Assembly (NCBI GenBank): GCA_963666835.2
Contig: CAXXGO010000006.1
Span: 1,536,001-1,600,000, forward strand
Direction of reading: 5' to 3'
Length of the DNA stretch: 64,000 nt
Origin: Phycisphaerae bacterium
GTDB taxonomy: Bacteria > Planctomycetota > Phycisphaerae > UBA1845
The notes beneath the pieces are model-generated. The model saw only the letters and a program-made list of their open reading frames with translations. It did not search any database and had not been told where the DNA came from. The position numbers and the translations under genes were made by a program. Positions 29,707 through 39,708 of the stretch are shown piece by piece (position 1 is the stretch's first letter; every line of letters begins with the position of its first letter).

Positions 29707-30606
29707 CTAGCTATAGAGTGTTCCCGCGTTGACCACCGGGTGGGCAGCCTTGTCGCCGCACAGGACGACGAGCAGGTTGCTGACCATTGCGGCCTTGCGC
29801 TCCTCGTCGAGGTCGATGGTCTTGTGCTCCTCGAGTTTCTCCAGAGCCATCTCCACCATACCGACCGCTCCGTCGACGATCCGCTGTCGAGCCGCCACGA
29901 TCGCCTCGGCCTGCTGGCGTTGCAGCATTGCTCCGGCGATCTCCGGTGCGTAGGCCAGGTGCGCTATGCGCGCTTCCTCCACCAACACACCCGCTCGAGC
30001 CACGCGGTTCTGCACCTCTTTCTCCAGACCCTCCGATACTTCATCCACGCTACCCCGCAGGGACAGTTCCTCAGCCTCGAACGTGTCGTACGAGTACGAC
30101 ATGGCTAAGTGACGCAGAGCCGCCTCGCTTTGAACGGTGATGTAGTCCTCGTAGTCTTCGACATCGAACACCGCCTTGGCCGTGTCGACCACTCGCCACA
30201 CGATAACCAGAGCGATCTCGATCGGATTACCCCGCAGGTCGTTGACCTTGAGCTTCTCGCCGTTGAGGTTGTGCGACCGGAGCGAGACTTTCTCCTTCAT
30301 CAACAGCGGGTTGGCCCAGCGGAATCCGCTGGTCTGTTCGGTGCCGGTATATTTCCCGAACAGAATCAGCACCGCGGCCATGTTCGGCTGCAACGTAAAG
30401 AACCCGAACAGCATTACGACCCACACCAGCACGGCCAGCGCACAAGCCACGATGGCGACCACATGGGTGGCCGTCACCGGCTGCGCCGCATTGGCAGAGC
30501 TGACGGCCAAGTAGCTTAAGTACCCCAGCCCCACACCCACCAGCAAGAGAATCGTGAGCATCCCCCAACCGCCGAACGTCGTAGTCTTCAGTTCCTTCGT
30601 TTCCAT
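29707..30606 (-). CDS. SPFH/band 7 domain membrane protein
   Basis: Two N-terminal TMs; [42 protein letters not shown]. Confidence 0.92.
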   Translation of the reverse strand: METKELKTTTFGGWGMLTILLLVGVGLGYLSYLAVSSANAAQPVTATHVVAIVACALAVLVWVVMLFGFFTLQPNMAAVLILFGKYTGTEQTSGFRWANPLLMKEKVSLRSHNLNGEKLKVNDLRGNPIEIALVIVWRVVDTAKAVFDVEDYEDYITVQSEAALRHLAMSYSYDTFEAEELSLRGSVDEVSEGLEKEVQNRVARAGVLVEEARIAHLAYAPEIAGAMLQRQQAEAIVAARQRIVDGAVGMVEMALEKLEEHKTIDLDEERKAAMVSNLLVVLCGDKAAHPVVNAGTLYS

Positions 30607-31189
30607 CGTAAGCGTTCTCCTATAGCATTGTGATATAAGAAATATACCACATCAGTTGCACCAACGCCAGGAGAATCTCGCCTTTTTCCGCGGAATCGAC
30701 ATTGTCTTTCTAAGGAAGAGTCAGGTTCTGCGCCGAAAAGAACGGTTCTGCGCTCGATACATAGCGCAAACCGCCTCCGCACGCCCTCTAAAACCCGTCT
30801 CGCGAGAGCGTCCGGACCCTATCCATGAAAGGCATGTCCCGGTCAAGTATAAAACATTCCCATTCGGCCCGGCTGCTTGCTGATTCGGCAGGCAACGGGG
30901 CTGTTCGATTGGGGTCAATCCGATTATCCTGGCGTTGTCTTGCGAGAGGGTAGGGCAACGCAGGAGTGCGACCCGAGCGCCCGCAAGACCCGAGGGCAGA
31001 CTCTTGACGACCTGGTCAAGGGCAGGGGCGTCCATCGTAGCTGGTGGACGCCTCTTATCATATGTTCTGCAGTCTGCTCTTGGTCCAAAGCGATAAACTC
31101 CGGGGGTCTGGGGGCAGCGCCCCCAGTTCCGCCGTAGGCGGGAAAGCCCGACCCCGCGGGCGTTTCCCAGTGTCTTTCTCGTATCTGTC

Positions 31190-31400
31190 TCGTCCGTGTA
31201 CCGGTTCGGACTAGATCTCTCGATCGGTCCATCTATCCATTCGCGCTACCGCTTGCCTGCCGACATAACAACATGATGTCGATCCGATGCCACCATGGGA
31301 CACCGGGCGCGGGGTCGCATGATCTCGTCCGGTACGGGCGGCCCATTTACTACGAGGCCTGGAGCCGTCTTCTCAGACAGCAACGACCATAGGGTCCTCG
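31190..31400 (-). ncRNA. putative bridge/seek RNA of the IS1111-type element
   Basis: Short segments match both flanks and both IS ends (see findings); GAGA-capped hairpins; RNA ends approximate. Confidence 0.6.
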
Positions 31401-32560
31401 GGCTGGCCCGTTCCCGGACGAGATTTCTTTCGAAGTCGCTTCCTTGCCGTTCTTGCCGGACGGCGTTTCTTTGATGCTGTCCGTGGACGATCCGGCGGAT
31501 CGTCCATGTAGTCGATCTCCTTTTTCCACATCACGTGTACCACACGCGTCAAATCGTGAGCCACGGTGATGTAGCCGCGATTGCGGTCCTTCTTCCCCCC
31601 GTCTGTGCGTCGGTCAAAGATCTCCCGAAAACGCTTATCCTTCCGTACTGCGCCGCGGGCGGCCTCGATAAACGCCCATTTCAGCGTACGGCGACCGATC
31701 CGTCCCACATGCCGCCCCTTGGGTGTCTCATCGTCCTCATCACCGCTGTCGTCCGCGCGCGGAGCCAACAAGGCGTACGAAGCCAAGTGTTTCCGGTTTG
31801 GGAATCGGCTGATTCGTCCGATCTCCGCCAGAATCGTATACGCCAAAACCACGTCAATCCCCGGGATCGTACGCAAGCGTTCGCCGTTTGGATCCTTCTT
31901 GAGCTCCCGGCGAATTTCTCGCGTGACCCGTGCAATCTGGCGACGCACATGATCGAGCAATTGCAGATACCCCTTCAACGCAGCCTTCGCGCTGGCTCGA
32001 AGCGTCTCATCCTTCGGCGTTACCAGACCATCCAACATACGCCGGCCGGCCCGGCCGAAAAGGTCGGAAAACTCATGCAAGATCCCGTGCCGATGCAGGA
32101 TGGCGTGAATCTGATTCTTGAGCCGCGTCTGCATCTGCACCAAGCTCATTCGGTACCGCATCCGTTCTCGCTCGTCCCGAACCGCCCGCGGCGCCAGCCA
32201 GACCTCCCACCACCGCGACTTCTCCGACCACAGCTCCGACAACAGATCTGCATCCGTCCGGTTGGACTTCGCGATTCCCCGAACCTCCCGCCAGCCAGCC
32301 ACTTTCCGACTCGATGCCAAGTGCGGATCCAACCCCGCCGCGGTCAACTCGTCCGCCAACCAGCCCCACCCGAACGTCCCCTCGAGAATCACGGGAGTCC
32401 CAACCGGCCAAGACTGCAGGCGTTCTCGTACCTCGTCCCGATTCCAGTGCTCGAGACGCTGCCGCCATACAATCCTGTTGTCTTCTCCCCGTGCCGTCAC
32501 CGAGCTGAACTTCCTGTGGCTATCCAAGCCAATCTGCGCTACCATTCTGTCCTTCTTCAT
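31373..32560 (-). CDS. IS110-family recombinase/transposase
   Basis: RuvC-like DEDD (IGLDSH, ILEG, KSNRTDA), LRTIPGID, LAPRADDSG catalytic Ser region. Confidence 0.93.
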   Translation of the reverse strand: MKKDRMVAQIGLDSHRKFSSVTARGEDNRIVWRQRLEHWNRDEVRERLQSWPVGTPVILEGTFGWGWLADELTAAGLDPHLASSRKVAGWREVRGIAKSNRTDADLLSELWSEKSRWWEVWLAPRAVRDERERMRYRMSLVQMQTRLKNQIHAILHRHGILHEFSDLFGRAGRRMLDGLVTPKDETLRASAKAALKGYLQLLDHVRRQIARVTREIRRELKKDPNGERLRTIPGIDVVLAYTILAEIGRISRFPNRKHLASYALLAPRADDSGDEDDETPKGRHVGRIGRRTLKWAFIEAARGAVRKDKRFREIFDRRTDGGKKDRNRGYITVAHDLTRVVHVMWKKEIDYMDDPPDRPRTASKKRRPARTARKRLRKKSRPGTGQPEDPMVVAV

Positions 32561-32980
32561 GGTCGTCTCCCTATTGGTCCTCCCGACCGCCGAACGGACA
32601 TCCTACCGTCCGGCGGGAGACAGCCTTTCATGCGATTACTTCAACGACCTATCGAACCGCCTTCGTGGTCGGTCCGAACGGGGTTCGATACCCCGTCAAA
32701 CGCTGCAACCGACTCGCGGAGCCCATTCGTCCGCCAGCCATCAAACCGCAGCGTCACTGTAATGGCTCCATAGCTCAGGCAACCGCCTCCGGCCGCGGAT
32801 ACCCCGCCGCCGAACCGTCCGCCATCGCATGCTGCAAACCCGGAACCGGCAGGGGGCACAAGTGCCCCGCGTACCGGTCCCGAGAGCGCAGAGTTTGCGG
32901 TTGTGCTCCGCGTGCTACCGGCAGTCGCCTTGCCGCCGCCAGCCGCTCGCGCATTGTGCCATCCTTGGCTCACGCCCAAC

Positions 32981-34414
32981 CTATCCTAGTTTCTGCACAA
33001 CCGCGTTAACGGCATAGTTCATCCGCTCATCGTCGGTCAGCCGCTCAAGCCCCGCGTCTCGCAATGCAAGGTTCACGTGGGCAACGGCCGACGTGCCCCG
33101 TTGAAGATCCGGGTCCGCCTTGAACGCCACCAACGCTTGATCGATCAGCGCTCCGCGGGTGTTCGACGCTCGCCCCAGCCCGTCCCCCGGCTCCGGGTTG
33201 ACGATCCGGCCGGGTGGTGGCAGGGACGCTACCCGGTGATTCAGCATCATTCGGCAGTCCGTCGGGTTCATGGCGTACACCCGTAGAACCATGTCATAGT
33301 CCTCGCGCCGGTCCTTCGAGACCGGGTCAACAACCCCCTTGTCTATGAACGGCCGCAGGAAGTCGTCCCGCCCCTTGGCTGCCAACTGTTCCTTCATGGC
33401 TGCCAATGCCTCCGCCGCGTCACCGGACAGACTTTCCCGCATGGCGACGTTCACCGCCTCCAGTCCGGCATCCGGCGCCAACCCCAGCCCTTGCCGCACA
33501 CTCGCCGCAATGGCCTTGGCCTCACCGTCTCCGGCGTCCTCTTCGGCCCCGTCCGCGGTCTTCTTGTCCGCGTCCCCCTCCAACATGTCGATAAGGGCCT
33601 TGATAACGTCGGCCGTGCTCGGCTTCTTGGGAAGCTCCGTCCCCCTCTGTACCAAGATCCCGGCCAGCTTGGTCAGAAGCGGCCTGGCTTCGTCGCTCGG
33701 TTCAAGCCTCATACTGGAAGCCACTTGTTCCGCCTCGCGCTCCGTGTCTTTCAGCTTCCGTACCGCCTCAAGAATCGCCCGAAGCAAGTCCCCCGGCTCC
33801 GCGATTTCCTTGATTCCCAGCACCTCCGCGACACGTGCCAGCGTTGCCGATGGGTCTGCAACGGTCTCGCCGTTCGTTCCTAGGTCGTTCTGCATTGCCT
33901 TGGTCTCCTTACCAGTGTTCGGGGCTTCCTTGGCCGCCAGCGCTTCCCAGCGCCGCACGATTGCCGGTTTGTTGGTCAGCGCTACGGAGTGCAGGGCGAT
34001 CACTCGCCGATCGTCCGGCCGAAGCCTCACCACCGGTGACGGATAGCGGTATTCCCCCGCCCGAATGTACTCCCGCGCCTTGTCGGTCCATCTCACGCCC
34101 GCGATCAGCCCGCGTGCCGGATCAAACCGAAGCGTCTCTATCCACCCCGCCGCGGGCGCTTTCCCGTCCGGCGCCGCATAGTCTCCGCCCAACGTCTGAT
34201 GTTCATAGTCCACGGGGGGGCGTACCGTGCCCGCGTTGAATGCCGCCTGAACGCTTCTCCACGCCTCCGCGTCCATAATGAACTTGCCTTTGGACGATTC
34301 CACGCGTCCCGCCGGGCAGATCAGGTTCTCGACGATCTCACCTGCCGCCCCCGCGGTTGCCGGTTCGCCCGCCGCTATCCATAGCTCACTCGTTGCCGTG
34401 TCGCATATTGTCAT
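32981..34414 (-). CDS. Mu-like prohead protease I / scaffold
   Basis: PVDYEHQT, APAAGWI, EYRYPSPV, LHSVALTNKPAI followed by a helical scaffold-like region. Confidence 0.88.
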   Translation of the reverse strand: MTICDTATSELWIAAGEPATAGAAGEIVENLICPAGRVESSKGKFIMDAEAWRSVQAAFNAGTVRPPVDYEHQTLGGDYAAPDGKAPAAGWIETLRFDPARGLIAGVRWTDKAREYIRAGEYRYPSPVVRLRPDDRRVIALHSVALTNKPAIVRRWEALAAKEAPNTGKETKAMQNDLGTNGETVADPSATLARVAEVLGIKEIAEPGDLLRAILEAVRKLKDTEREAEQVASSMRLEPSDEARPLLTKLAGILVQRGTELPKKPSTADVIKALIDMLEGDADKKTADGAEEDAGDGEAKAIAASVRQGLGLAPDAGLEAVNVAMRESLSGDAAEALAAMKEQLAAKGRDDFLRPFIDKGVVDPVSKDRREDYDMVLRVYAMNPTDCRMMLNHRVASLPPPGRIVNPEPGDGLGRASNTRGALIDQALVAFKADPDLQRGTSAVAHVNLALRDAGLERLTDDERMNYAVNAVVQKLG

Positions 34415-34547
34415 ATTGTTGTCACTCTAAACCGCGAAGCGAACCGTTGGGGGGGGCGAACAATACCCCCAACGGCCGCCCGCGATCGACAAGGAGAGGC
34501 TGCCCACCACGTGGGCAGCCACCGACAGAACTTTCCGTGCTTCCGCA

Positions 34548-35609
34548 TTACCGCTTATCGTCCGCCTTGGCGTACAACCCTTCCCCGGCCCGCCACGCCT
34601 TCAAGTCCTCCGGGCTCGGGAACATCATCGAGTCCCCCCGGTGAAGAGCCTTGAAGATGGCTCGAAGCGTAAGGTCGGCATTAGTGAACGAAGCGGGGAA
34701 TTCGTGCATCGCGCCGACCGCCGCGATTAACAGACGGTCCCGCAACCCACAACCGGTGGCGATCCCGTACGCCTCTTTCGGGAAGGAACCGGCGCACCAT
34801 CGATTCCGCAACAGGAACATGACAACAATGACCAGTTCCAACGGGTCCATCATTATCAACCGTGCGAACATGTCCCGAACAACGCGATTGGACTTCATAC
34901 CTTTCCGCTTCAGACGCAACGACGTCTTGAGGTTCACTTTCATAGGGGGGAGCGACCGTCCGCTGAGCGTCACTACGGCCCCCCATTGCAGCTTCTCCAA
35001 CCGGGACGGCCACGCCCCTTTGCGCTGCCACCCGCCATTGCGGACCGCTGCGGTCAGGGTCTCGACCCCGTCAACCGCTCCCCCGCGGAAGTAGTCAATC
35101 GCCGCAACCAGCAATTCGTCACGCACCGCACAGCCGGTGTCAATCCCGTACCGCTCCCCAAGTCGGATGGGCCTCGTCTGCGCCTGCGCCGTGATTATGG
35201 CCACCGCCGCCAATGGTTCCGGCCCCAACTCCAACATCGCCGCATACGCGTCCCGAACAGCGCGGGCCAGCTTGCGCCCGCGAACCTCCGGCTTGAACGC
35301 CCTGACAAGCCGGGCCGTTTCTTTCGCCTCCCGCTCTTTCGCCGCCTCGCGTCTGGCCTTCCGTGTCGCCGCTTTCCGCTTGCGGACCGCCTCTTCCGAT
35401 TCGCCTTCCACCAAGCGCAGCTTCCCGCCGGTCTTCGGCTTGCCGCCTTCATCGGTGGTCGGTGGGGCGTTGTCCGGGTCCGCCGCAGACCCCTTCCCGT
35501 TCGATTCGCCTAAGTCGCTAACGTCCAAAGGCTCTGTCTCTGGTGTGACACTCCCGGCCGCGGTCCGTCGCCGCACCGGGCGTGTCTGTGTCAAAGTCTC
35601 CATGTCCAT
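34548..35609 (-). CDS. hypothetical protein with internal domain duplication
   Basis: GGAG RBS; YGIDTGCAVRDELLVAA and YGIATGCGLRDRLLIAA. Confidence 0.75.
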   Translation of the reverse strand: MDMETLTQTRPVRRRTAAGSVTPETEPLDVSDLGESNGKGSAADPDNAPPTTDEGGKPKTGGKLRLVEGESEEAVRKRKAATRKARREAAKEREAKETARLVRAFKPEVRGRKLARAVRDAYAAMLELGPEPLAAVAIITAQAQTRPIRLGERYGIDTGCAVRDELLVAAIDYFRGGAVDGVETLTAAVRNGGWQRKGAWPSRLEKLQWGAVVTLSGRSLPPMKVNLKTSLRLKRKGMKSNRVVRDMFARLIMMDPLELVIVVMFLLRNRWCAGSFPKEAYGIATGCGLRDRLLIAAVGAMHEFPASFTNADLTLRAIFKALHRGDSMMFPSPEDLKAWRAGEGLYAKADDKR

Positions 35610-35630
35610 CGTGGTCTCCCTTGTCTTCGC

Positions 35631-35804
35631 TCAGATCCCCGGTCCGTCGCCTTCCGGTCGGACTCTGAACACCTGTCCGGGGTCCGTGGGGTTGTGCCGG
35701 TCCGCAGCTTTCGCCGCGTCATCCCGTCTTATCGCTTTCGCCGCGGGCATTCCCGGCTTGTGCTTCGCCTGCCGCGCTGTTGGTTTGGTCTCGTTCGCCG
35801 CCAT
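35631..35804 (-). CDS. small hypothetical protein (57 aa)
   Basis: MAANETKPTARQAKHK...; starts 1 bp after the upstream stop and fills the operon gap. Confidence 0.5.
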   Translation of the reverse strand: MAANETKPTARQAKHKPGMPAAKAIRRDDAAKAADRHNPTDPGQVFRVRPEGDGPGI

Positions 35805-35805
35805 G

Positions 35806-37151
35806 CTATTCGTAGTCCCGGTTGTAGCTCTGTCCGTTCGTCACCGCGTCGTGGTTCGGCTGTTGGTGGAAGTGCGTTCCGCCGACGTTGGTTGAAAGAC
35901 TGGCCCCGCTCTTCACCGCGTCCACGACTCTATCCATCCCGGTCCGCAGTTCCTCGCGCAGTTTGTCGGATGCGATTTCCATCTGCCGAATCATGTAATC
36001 CGGAACCGACACCGTAGCGTCGCCCCCCAGGGTATTCAGCGTCTGCCCAGCCACTCCGACCCCAACGGCGTACCGGGTATCGGGGCGTCCTGCTTGGCCA
36101 ACAGGCTCCGCCCCTTCCACTGCCGCAACACTTCCCCGATTCCCGACGTGGTCAGCCCGTGGTTGACGTCCCGCGCCCCCGTGACGTCCAACCCCACGTC
36201 CTTCAGGTACTCGACGATCTGCTTGGCTTCCGCCTCCGGCCCGAGCACCTTGGAAACGTATTCCTCCGCCGCAACGGTGGTCCCGCCTTCGGCGGTTTGC
36301 AGTTCATGGAACGCCCGCTTGACCAGTTCCTGGCGTTCTTCCGCACGCCGCTTCCGGTCCGCTGCAATCCATTCCGCGTTCCGCTCCACCGCTCCGGTTA
36401 CCATCGTCTGCCGCACGCCCGCGGGCATTGACTTATCCAACGGCTCCGCCTGTCCACCCTCGCGCAACATCGTGTAGCTGGCTTGCGTCTGGAAGTCGAC
36501 GTCAACCCCGCTCAGTTCCCCGCCCACCGTGGCGCTTAGTGCCGGGTCTATGTCATACCGCCGCGCCACTCGCGTAGACCGCTCCGTCCCTCGGGCCGCT
36601 TCGTCCGCTCCGACCGCGTCCGCCCCCATCCGGGCATTCGCCGCCGCTTTGTAGGCCCTTTCCAGTTCCTTCAACTGCTCCATCTGCTCGTTGAGCGCTT
36701 CGGTCTGCTTGCGGGCCGCTTCTTCCGCTTCTTCGTGGGCCGCCTTCAGGGCTTGTACCACGGCCACAATGGCCGCTATGCCCAACACCACGGCGCCGCC
36801 CGCCCCCAGCAGCTTGAGCGCTCCGGCGTGCTGTTTCGCCATCGCCGCCGCCTTCTTGTGGGCTCCGGCCAAGCTGATATTCCGGGAAGCCAAATCCCCC
36901 GCGACCTTCGACCCCCGCAACAGCGTCTCCGCAAAGCCCCCCAAGGCCGGGTGAACCGCGTTCAGAAGGCCGGTCAGATCGTCCGTGCTGGCGTTCAGCT
37001 TGTCCGTTGCCTCGGCTGCCTTCTCCGCCGATGCCGCGGTCCCTTCCTGTCCCTTGGCGACGTGTTCTTCCGCCGCCGCGACCTTGCTGAACTGGTCCGC
37101 CGCCTTTTCGGCCCCCTTTACTTGAACCTCCGTGGTCAACTTTCGGTCCAT
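35806..37151 (-). pseudogene. tape-measure-like helical protein, apparently frameshifted near 36050
   Basis: AAGGAG RBS; MDRKLTTEVQVKGAEKAA, Ala-rich coiled coil with a hydrophobic segment; adding one G joins ORFs 36036-37151 and 35806-36120. Confidence 0.55.
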
Positions 37152-37263
37152 CGAACGCTCCTTTTCTCGGTGCCCTCGGCTTCCGCACCGCCGCGTTTCC
37201 CTTGCTTGGCGGCTACGCCTGCTTCTCCAGGGCCGTGCCAGGCGTTTTTGCCGGACTTCACGC

Positions 37264-37318
37264 TTGACAAGGCTCTCGGCATCGAACATAATATACGCGA
37301 TGGATTTGGTCGTGTCAA
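37264..37318. promoter_or_regulatory. overlapping divergent sigma70-type promoters
   Basis: Plus strand TTGACA(37264)-17-CATAAT(37287); minus strand TTGACA(37318)-17-TATATT(37295). Confidence 0.75.
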
Positions 37319-37425
37319 ACCGAAAATAGGATGCTCGCCCACAGGTTGTGGCGACAACAGGAGCGCGTACAATGAACGTTTCCGATGGGTCTACCGCAAA
37401 CTCTCCGGCGAAAGGACACACTACG

Positions 37426-37887
37426 ATGGGCAAGAAACAGCGCAGCCTACTCCTTGACGAAGACCTCACGGTCGTCATCGATGCTGTACAGTCATCCTCG
37501 GGGGCGACGTTCACGCGGCTGATGACTGCCGCTGTGATAAAGCACCTTTTCGACAAGCCTCACCCTGAACCCTACTGGATGAGCCTTGCCGTTGCCTTGG
37601 AGCGCGGTGATCTTCAGGTCAGCGACATTCCGCTGAAGGTGGCCAACGACCGAATCGCGACGCTGGAGGCGGAGTTGGCCCTGTTCAAGGAAACAGGGAA
37701 CCCGGACATCGACTGGTATATTGCGGACCGGCAATCGTCGCTCCAGGAAGCCAAGGAAAGCAAGGCGCATTGGGAGGCTGCCATGAGCGGGGAGTCTGAC
37801 CCCATTAACGCCGTCCTCACGCACTTCGGTGTGTCTTCGAGCGACCTTCCGTCCGTCCGCGGAAGAGCCGCGACACCGAAGGATTGA
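37426..37887 (+). CDS. putative ribbon-helix-helix regulator
   Basis: AAAGGA RBS; MGKKQRSLLLDEDL...TFTRLMTAAV fits a beta-alpha-alpha pattern. Confidence 0.6.
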   Translation: MGKKQRSLLLDEDLTVVIDAVQSSSGATFTRLMTAAVIKHLFDKPHPEPYWMSLAVALERGDLQVSDIPLKVANDRIATLEAELALFKETGNPDIDWYIADRQSSLQEAKESKAHWEAAMSGESDPINAVLTHFGVSSSDLPSVRGRAATPKD

Positions 37888-38070
37888 CCTGTCATGACTC
37901 TGACAGCGGCTCCCGGAGACGTGAGCCGACGGAGATTGTTGCGGAGCCCCACTGTGCGGGCATGCCGCGTTTCGTGCTGTATTGGAGCGTTTTCGCCCGT
38001 AAGGTTTTCACGCTGGACCGACCGGTAAGGATACCGATCGTCGGTACGTTTCAGAGCAAAGGATTGCATC

Positions 38071-38994
38071 ATGCCAGTTGTTAGCACCGGTCTGACCGTC
38101 CCCGGTATCCGCGGGGAATTCTTCAATCGCTACGACGAAGTCAAGACGTTCTATCAGGACTTGGTTACTGTCCTGCCGAGCAACACGAAGACGGAAGTCT
38201 ACAAGTTCCTCGGCTCCGTTCCGCCGATGCGCCCGTGGGGAACGGGTCGGCTGGCCAAGGGCATGTACACCGAGTCTTACTCGGTCTCCGCAGAGAAGTA
38301 CGAAAGCACTATCGAAGTAGACCGCGACGAGATTTCCGACGATCAGCTTGGGCAGATCCGGCTCCGCGTCCATCAAATGGCCGAACGGGCCGCGACGCAC
38401 AAGGATTACCTCCTGGCGCAGCTTCTCATCAACGGCGCCACCGCAGGCTTCCATAGCTATGACGGTGTCCCGTTCTTCTCTGCCAATCACGTATCCGGCG
38501 AGCAGTCCGCCCAGGACAACACCCAGAGCCTCGCAATCGTCGACAAGGACGATGCCACCGTTGCCGAGTTCAAGACTGCTTTGCGCAAGGCTATTGCGCT
38601 GTTGCTCGGGTCCAAGGACGATCAGGGGCAGCCGATGTCCTTGACGGCCGACGGTCTCGCGTGCATCGTCCCGCCGTCCCTGTACGTCAACGCTCTGGAA
38701 GCGGTAAACGCTACCGTCATAGGTTCCACGACGAACGTTCTCCAGGGTGCCTCCCGGATAATCGCGTTCCCGTGGCTCACCGCCGCCGACAAGTGGTATC
38801 TCCTCAAGACCGATTCGGCTATCCGCCCGTTCGTCTTCCAGGACCGCGAAAAGGCCGAATGGACCGCCAAGGAAGGGGACAGCGACGAAGGCTTCTTGCG
38901 TGAGAAATACCTTTACGGTGTGCGTGCCCGGTATAAACTGACCTACGGCTATTGGCAGTACGCCGTCCAAACGACGTTCACCACGGCCGCTTGA
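38071..38994 (+). CDS. Mu-like major head subunit (gpT family)
   Basis: YKFLGSVPPMRPW, YESTIEVDRDEISDDQLG, YDGVPFFSANH, WYLL...RPFVFQDR, YLYGVRAR...YGYWQYA. Confidence 0.9.
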   Translation: MPVVSTGLTVPGIRGEFFNRYDEVKTFYQDLVTVLPSNTKTEVYKFLGSVPPMRPWGTGRLAKGMYTESYSVSAEKYESTIEVDRDEISDDQLGQIRLRVHQMAERAATHKDYLLAQLLINGATAGFHSYDGVPFFSANHVSGEQSAQDNTQSLAIVDKDDATVAEFKTALRKAIALLLGSKDDQGQPMSLTADGLACIVPPSLYVNALEAVNATVIGSTTNVLQGASRIIAFPWLTAADKWYLLKTDSAIRPFVFQDREKAEWTAKEGDSDEGFLREKYLYGVRARYKLTYGYWQYAVQTTFTTAA

Positions 38995-39072
38995 TCGCCT
39001 GCGGCTTGGTTGAGGACTCCGTCGATCGGCAGTAGGCTGGTCCCGTCTCCGTACGAATCGGGAGTCTCGCGT

Positions 39073-39639
39073 ATGTACGAAGAAGCACGATGGATGCTCC
39101 AATCGATTAGGATCCTGCTTCAGGCCCGGGATGGCTATGGAGCGTTCGCCATGTGCCTGCTTGCCATGGAAGTCATCGCCAGTAAACGGCATCCGGACAT
39201 AACGGGCCTTGGCAAGAACCGCAGGAGGTTCATGAAGTTCTTCAGTGAGGAACGGCAACAGTTCTCGCCTCGGAAGGTCACTGTGCTGAACCCGAAGGAT
39301 CCCGGACCTCCCCCGCCTGATTTGGATGGGCTGTCGGGCGAACAGCAGACGGAAGCAATGGACGCCTACGCTGCCGAGATGGTAAACCACGGCATCTCGA
39401 TCGAAGAAGTCCTGTGGGAATACTGCCGATGCCCGATTGTCCACGAAGGATCCCGGCTTTCGGTGGGTAGCGGCGCTGAGGTTGCGATGGATTGGTCCGT
39501 TCCTGAAACGACAATGTTCTTCCAGATCGATAGGAACAAAGAGAATGTAATCGTGGCGGGGGCGCGGTACTGGCTGGCCTTCATGTATAGGGTTGTGCAG
39601 AAGTACCTGGACTCGCCGGCCTCCACCACGGCCGCTTGA
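39073..39639 (+). CDS. hypothetical protein with HEPN-like Rx4H motif
   Basis: GGGAG RBS; VLWEYCRCPIVHEG; N-terminal helix AFAMCLLAMEVIAS. Confidence 0.65.
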   Translation: MYEEARWMLQSIRILLQARDGYGAFAMCLLAMEVIASKRHPDITGLGKNRRRFMKFFSEERQQFSPRKVTVLNPKDPGPPPPDLDGLSGEQQTEAMDAYAAEMVNHGISIEEVLWEYCRCPIVHEGSRLSVGSGAEVAMDWSVPETTMFFQIDRNKENVIVAGARYWLAFMYRVVQKYLDSPASTTAA

Positions 39640-39708
39640 TCGTCCCGATTCGCCGCGGGTCCACTGCCCGACAGAACCCGCAGCGTGCAAACGTAGGGGA
39701 GTCTGAGT

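Larger units (their letters stand above)
30820..32638 (-). mobile_element. IS110-family (IS1111-type) element
   Basis: Subterminal IRs CATGAAAGGC (30824-30833) / GCCTTTCATG (32623-32632); TA core at both ends; short upstream end and ~550-bp downstream non-coding end. Confidence 0.88.

Noticed and set aside
38008..39690. 560-aa minus-strand ORF and other long antisense ORFs (e.g. 6959-8719, 14655-16199, 31535-32773)
   Set aside because: Shadow frames of well-supported genes in high-GC DNA
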